Source: Eledone cirrhosa
Lineage: Eukaryota
Reading direction: 5' to 3'
Length of the DNA: 64,000 bases
Assembly (NCBI GenBank): GCA_964016885.1
Contig: OZ024742.1
Span: 77,252,001 to 77,316,000, forward strand
Shown: positions 58,658-64,000 of the stretch, piece by piece
How the letters are laid out: every line of letters starts with the position of its first letter
How positions within the stretch are numbered: position 1 is the stretch's first letter
The notes under the pieces: generated by a model
The model's input: only the letters and a program-made list of their open reading frames with translations
The model's database searches: none
Told to the model about the DNA's origin: nothing
Translations under genes and position numbers: made by a program

Positions 58658-61600
58658 ATGACCCTCCCAAAGTATAACAATATCGGTTTCAACACATGAT
58701 TTCAGATAAAGAATCTTGCTAAACAAATTCAGAAACGAAATATCGTAAGCCTTAGACAGGCTAACAAGATACTGAAAACCACCATGTTCTGATATCTACG
58801 AAAAACCATAACATCTCGACAACTATCCTTCATAAAGCAGTGTGCCTCTTCCAGAATCTACACCAACACCATCAATACCGACGTTAGAAGATTACAACTC
58901 ACCAAAAAACAAGCAGATAGGCTAAAATGAACTTTAATTCTAAACATAAAAAAGAAGATCTCTAGAGAATTAAGACATCAAGAAAAACAAAAGCGTGACC
59001 TTATACAAGAAATAGCTAGAATCACCACACCAAGAGAGAAACTAATATTTATAAGCCTTATACGCCCCGAAGAACAGTACATTACTCAAGAATGTGATAA
59101 GCACTTTAACAGGAAACTAAAGTGGCTTAAACAGGCAGAGCTAAATCAGGATACTATAGAGTATACCAATAGATATCCCGACAAAATTGACGGTATCAAC
59201 ATGGCCGACACCTCATTATCTGAAGAGTTCAACAACAAAAACACCAACATTTATCGGAACGAGAAAAAATAGATAATGATGAAATGTCTGTGTTATGTTT
59301 GCCGCCAAAATTTGCGACATTCAAGAAGATAAATAGGATTAGTTGTCTGTCAGAAATAGAAAAATCATTTACAAAACTACGCTGGAGCATCAAAAACAAA
59401 AGCAACAATATACGCACACACATATACAACAGACACACAGACACAAACAACAATAACAACAACACACACATCAACAACAACAACAATAGCAACATACCCA
59501 GAAACAACAACAACAGACACGCAGACACAAACAACAATAACAACACACAACAACGATAACACACACGGAGACAACAACAACACACATCAACAATAGCACA
59601 CATCAACAACAACAAAAACACACACGCATTCAATGCCTCTCACCACCACCACAATCTTAACAAACACACAGACACAGAAAACAAGTAATAACAGTAGCAC
59701 AGAAATCACAGAAATAAGGTAAAGTAATAGGATTAAAAGGAAAAGGAGAAGGGAGACTAAGGACAAAGAGAATAACCAAGACGAACACACAGACACACAA
59801 AATAGGGTAGATAACAACATTGAGCCAGTGGAAAGAGACAGAAATATTTATGAGAGACATAGAAACAACCATGAGGCTATTGGTGGAAATAGAAATAGAA
59901 ACAACACAACTAACAATAACAATAGCACTAGTACACATAAAGCCGCAGTCTGGAACTCTCCGTTTTATAATCCCTCCGATAAATCATTCGACCTGCGACG
60001 AGTCCACGCCACGACTTTACCATTTAATAAACGCACGCAGTTGCCGTCGCAGGTCGATGAACAAACAGAAGCACAATTAAGTATAGCTAGATCCGAACTT
60101 AGAAATATTATAGAACAGTATAGCAAGAAGCATAATAGAATAGAGGCCCAGCAACTTGGAGAAAAATATGCAAATGGCTTGCGTAAGCTCATGCAGCGCT
60201 CACGTAATGGAGGGATATCATGCTTTCCAACAGACAAGTCTGGCAGAATGTCGGTTGACAGCCTGCCAAACTACATCCAGGCAATGCAACCCCACATCAC
60301 TAACACAAGAGAGGTAACACCACAGGAGCATGAGGATAGAGAAAAAGCCCTCAATGCCCATATGGTGATGTGGACGAATATAATGCAGCCCAACAAAAGG
60401 ACTGCCAACAACTTCCAGGCCTGGAACAATGACGTGCCGGCGTTGTATGGGCTTCGAAAAGACCATAAAACGGGCTGTGACCCTGTCGCGGGACCACCAA
60501 CACGGCCAGTCTGTGGAGCTAACATTGCTAGTAACTACAGACTGTCCTACTTCCCCTCCCTGATCATACGCCCCATCATTGAGATGTCCCCAGATGTATG
60601 TGACAGCACGGAGGACCTCCTCAGCAGAATCGGCGTGAGTAACCGATCTGGGGACCTAACAAACTGCATAATAGGCAGTATGGATGTTGTGTCCCTGTAT
60701 CCATCTATTGACGCGGATTTTGCTGTGGAGAAATGCGTAGAAATGATCAGCGAGAGCAAGGTTGAGTTCCGTGGGATTGATACCAGTGAGCTGGGACTTC
60801 TACTTAAGCTTACCCATAGTAATAGTTACCTAGACACTTATGACCTTAGCAACCTGTGCCCTACAAGACCAGCAAGAGGCAGACCACCTACCATTACCTC
60901 AATGTCCAAGAAAACCCACACAGATAGATGGAACGGGTGGACCAGATCCATACGGACACCCGAAAACCACGATGAACTGAAGAAAATGATTGCACATGCG
61001 GTAGGGGCCAGCATAAAATTAACCCTTAAGGAACATATGTTCAAATTTAATGGAAAAACATATGCCCAAGAGGAAGGAGGAGCCATTGGTGTTAACATTG
61101 CAGGCGACATAGCTAACTTATTCATGGTATGGTGGGACAGTACACTTAAACTTAAACTTAAATAACAATTAGAAGACAGCTTAACCCTGATAATGTACTC
61201 CCGCTACGTAGATGATATAAACATCGTAGTTAAGACACCCCCACTAGAGAACAGTCAGGAACTAGAGAAAAACACAATGGAAAGCATCCAGCAAATAGCA
61301 AACTCCATCCACCAGAGCATTAGAGTTACTAAAGACTACCCAAGTAGACACCCCAACCATCGATTACCTGTACTAGACACAGAGCTCTGGTTAGATACCA
61401 TTAACAACCAAAAACAAATCCTCCATTCCCATTATACCAAACCCATGACTTCCAAACATCTGATCCACCGAAACTCGGCCGTTTCGGACCATACCAAAAT
61501 CAACATACTGATTGCGGATTTGGTACGGGTGATGAGAAATGTGTCCCGCATGTACAACCCCGAAGAACTAGAGAGACACATACAACACTTCATCCACCGT

Positions 61601-62335
61601 ATGCAGTTCTCTGGCTACAATCAGAGAGATAGAATCAGAGTGTATAGAGGAGCCAGAACCAAATGGGAAAAAATGGTAAATAATGACATAAATGGGACCT
61701 GCCCATTGTATAGGAGCAAATTTTGGAATAGAATAGAAAGAACTAGGAACAAGGCCAATAGAATAAACTCATGGTATGATAGCAATAAATACCAGAGTGT
61801 AATGTTCATCAATACAACCCCTAGAGGCGAACTAGCCTACAAATTTAGAATGGCCCTAAATAAACATAAACTCAATATTAAGATAGTAGAAAGACCAGGT
61901 ACCTCCGTAAAAACACTTATTAGCAAGACATACCCGTTCCAAAGACCATCATGTATAGATAAGAAATGTATAACCTGTAAAATAAGCCCCCATATTAACT
62001 GTAAAACTAGAAATGTAGTGTATAGCATAAGATGTACTGAAGGACAATCTAGAAACAAAAATATAGTGTACATAGGTGAGACAGCTCGTAGTATAGGGGA
62101 ACGGATAAATGAACACTGGCGAGACCTTCTAGATAATAAAGAATCATCTGTACTCTACCAACATGCTAAGATAGAACACAAGGGTAAATTAGAGAACATA
62201 GAAATAAAAATAGAATCCACACACAGAAAAGATGCAATGTTTAGGCAAATTACAGAGGCAGTAAGCATAAAAGAATTACAACCAAAATTAAATAGAAAAT
62301 ATGAGTGGAACAGCAACATCACAACTTACAATTAA
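58658..62335 (+). pseudogene. PLE polyprotein (N-terminal domain, RT, GIY-YIG), disrupted
   Basis: ATG 58658 (MTLPKYNNIGFNT); SVLCLPPKFA..EIEK..KLRW; PTDKSG; GSMDVVSLYPSI; QEEGGAIG; YSRYVDD; NVVYSIRC..VYIGETARSIGERINEH. ORFs 59828-61165 and 61193-62335 are in the same frame, split by one TAA. Confidence 0.92.
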
Positions 62336-62809
62336 GGACAAAATGAAAACACACACACACATAGAACAAACAACCAACCAACAACATGTAAATAAATAAA
62401 CAAATAGATAAATAAACACAAACATACACAGACACCCGGATGTGGCGCATGCGCAAACTGAGCACACAACACACACACAGAAACAAAATGGCGTAGGACA
62501 GAAGAAAGGAAAGGCAAAGAAACAAAGAAAGGAATCCCCAGTCATTGAAGAGGTCACAGAGTGTGTGACGAAAGGACTATGACTATATATAAACAACTAT
62601 CTGGTTGTGGAACCAACCAACCAACCAGAAATTTATAAGTTTGTAAATTTGTAAATTTATAAATTTATAAATATATAATAAATTGAAGTGAAAGCAACTG
62701 GTGCGTGTGTTTCTTATTGGCAACATGACCCTCCCAAAGTATAACAATATCGGTTTCAACACACGATTTCAGATAAAGAATCTTGCTAAACAAATTCAGA
62801 AACGAAATA

Positions 62810-62840
<31 letters not shown>

Positions 62841-63894
62841 CATATACATACAAACATATATATATATGAATGTGTGTATATTTGCATGTGTCAGTGTAAG
62901 CACATTCACATACAAACACACGCACACACAGGCAAATACTAGATTATATTTGTGTATTTATGATAATACTAATACACATGTTGTAACATGCTGATTTGAT
63001 GGTTTGAGCTTTCACTTCTAAAGTTTTATACCTTGACTGTATACATAAGTACAAGCATATATATATAACTTCCCCAAATACAAGGAACACTCACACACAC
63101 ATTTTTATATGTATATACATATATATATGTGTGTGTATGCACAGGTGTGTAAAAAATGCGTGTGTAAATATGTATCCAATCTAATCCAATCCAGGGCCTA
63201 TTCACACATGCTGGAGGAATCCCTCACTGGTTGACCTCCACCACTTTCTCTTTGAATTTCGGCATGTGAGGGGTGTAGCTGAACTCACCACACTTGGTCA
63301 ATAGCGTCTTGGTGAGGGTTTCTAACCCATAACTGAGCTGGATGACTGTTGACTCTAACGAGACCATTCGCCCTTTTAACAGATTTTATGCTGATGGGGT
63401 TCCTCTTTCCTTTCTCACAAGACCCTGTTCTGGAGGGTAAGCTGGTTTAGTAGCCGACTAATCGAACATGAAGCAGCTTGTACATAGTATGAGTAATAGA
63501 TATAGATATATAAATGCAAATTGTATTATATGTATGTGCTTTGGTGATTCATTATTTTATGTGCACGTGTATTTGTATATAAGTATGCTGTGAACGTACA
63601 TATTTCTATAATTTGAACATGCGAATATGTCATTCGCAAAAATACTGAATAGTTCGGTTGATGAAGTTGGCTGACGATAACTGGTGTTGGATGAATGCCA
63701 AATATCGAAATCCAGCTAGGATTAGACGTATACAATTTTATTCTAACTGAATTGAAATTGCCATTCTAGAACCTGTTTTATACAATACCTTCACTTCTTT
63801 ACCACTCCTAACTGTGAAACTGGACGGAATATAATACTTGATAATATCTCTACCATATTACCAAATGCAACCCAATAGACATATCAGTTATACA

Positions 63895-63931
<37 letters not shown>

Positions 63932-64000
63932 CATGTGTGTGTGTGTGTGTGTGTACATACATATATATGTTTATATTAGTACATGACACATATCCTTCGT

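Larger units (their letters stand above)
58359..62810 (+). mobile_element. Near full-length Penelope-like retroelement with direct pseudo-LTRs
   Basis: Direct repeats 58359-58743 and 62426-62810; RT and GIY-YIG coding sequence between them; 3' end runs into (TA)n. Confidence 0.95.

Noticed and set aside
61163-61165. In-frame stop as programmed readthrough or selenocysteine
   Set aside because: It is TAA, and the element has other disabling lesions; a simple nonsense mutation is more likely

Overview
AT-rich animal genomic DNA saturated with (TA)n, (CA)n and (GA)n microsatellites. The repeat content suggests a cephalopod or other mollusc (inference). No intact host gene is recognisable, and most ORFs in the supplied track are translated microsatellite. 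The window is dominated by Penelope-like elements (PLEs). One is near full-length (58359-62810): RT plus GIY-YIG, direct pseudo-LTRs, and an in-frame stop in the RT. Four more loci carry GIY-YIG-only remnants. Many non-coding PLE-terminal fold-back units sit between (TA)n tracts. Reading both strands by eye gives about 25 hammerhead ribozyme (HHR) motifs in roughly ten sequence families. Most lie in asymmetric inverted repeats, several of which share a motif in the 3' tail, and one tandem non-coding family resembles a retrozyme. Also present: an internally deleted mariner with a partial tandem duplicate, a Gypsy RNase H/integrase remnant, Vingi/Ingi-like and RTE-like LINE remnants, two tRNA-type SINE families, and an unexplained 450-bp GC-rich island. 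All RNA folds were paired by hand, and element boundaries are approximate.
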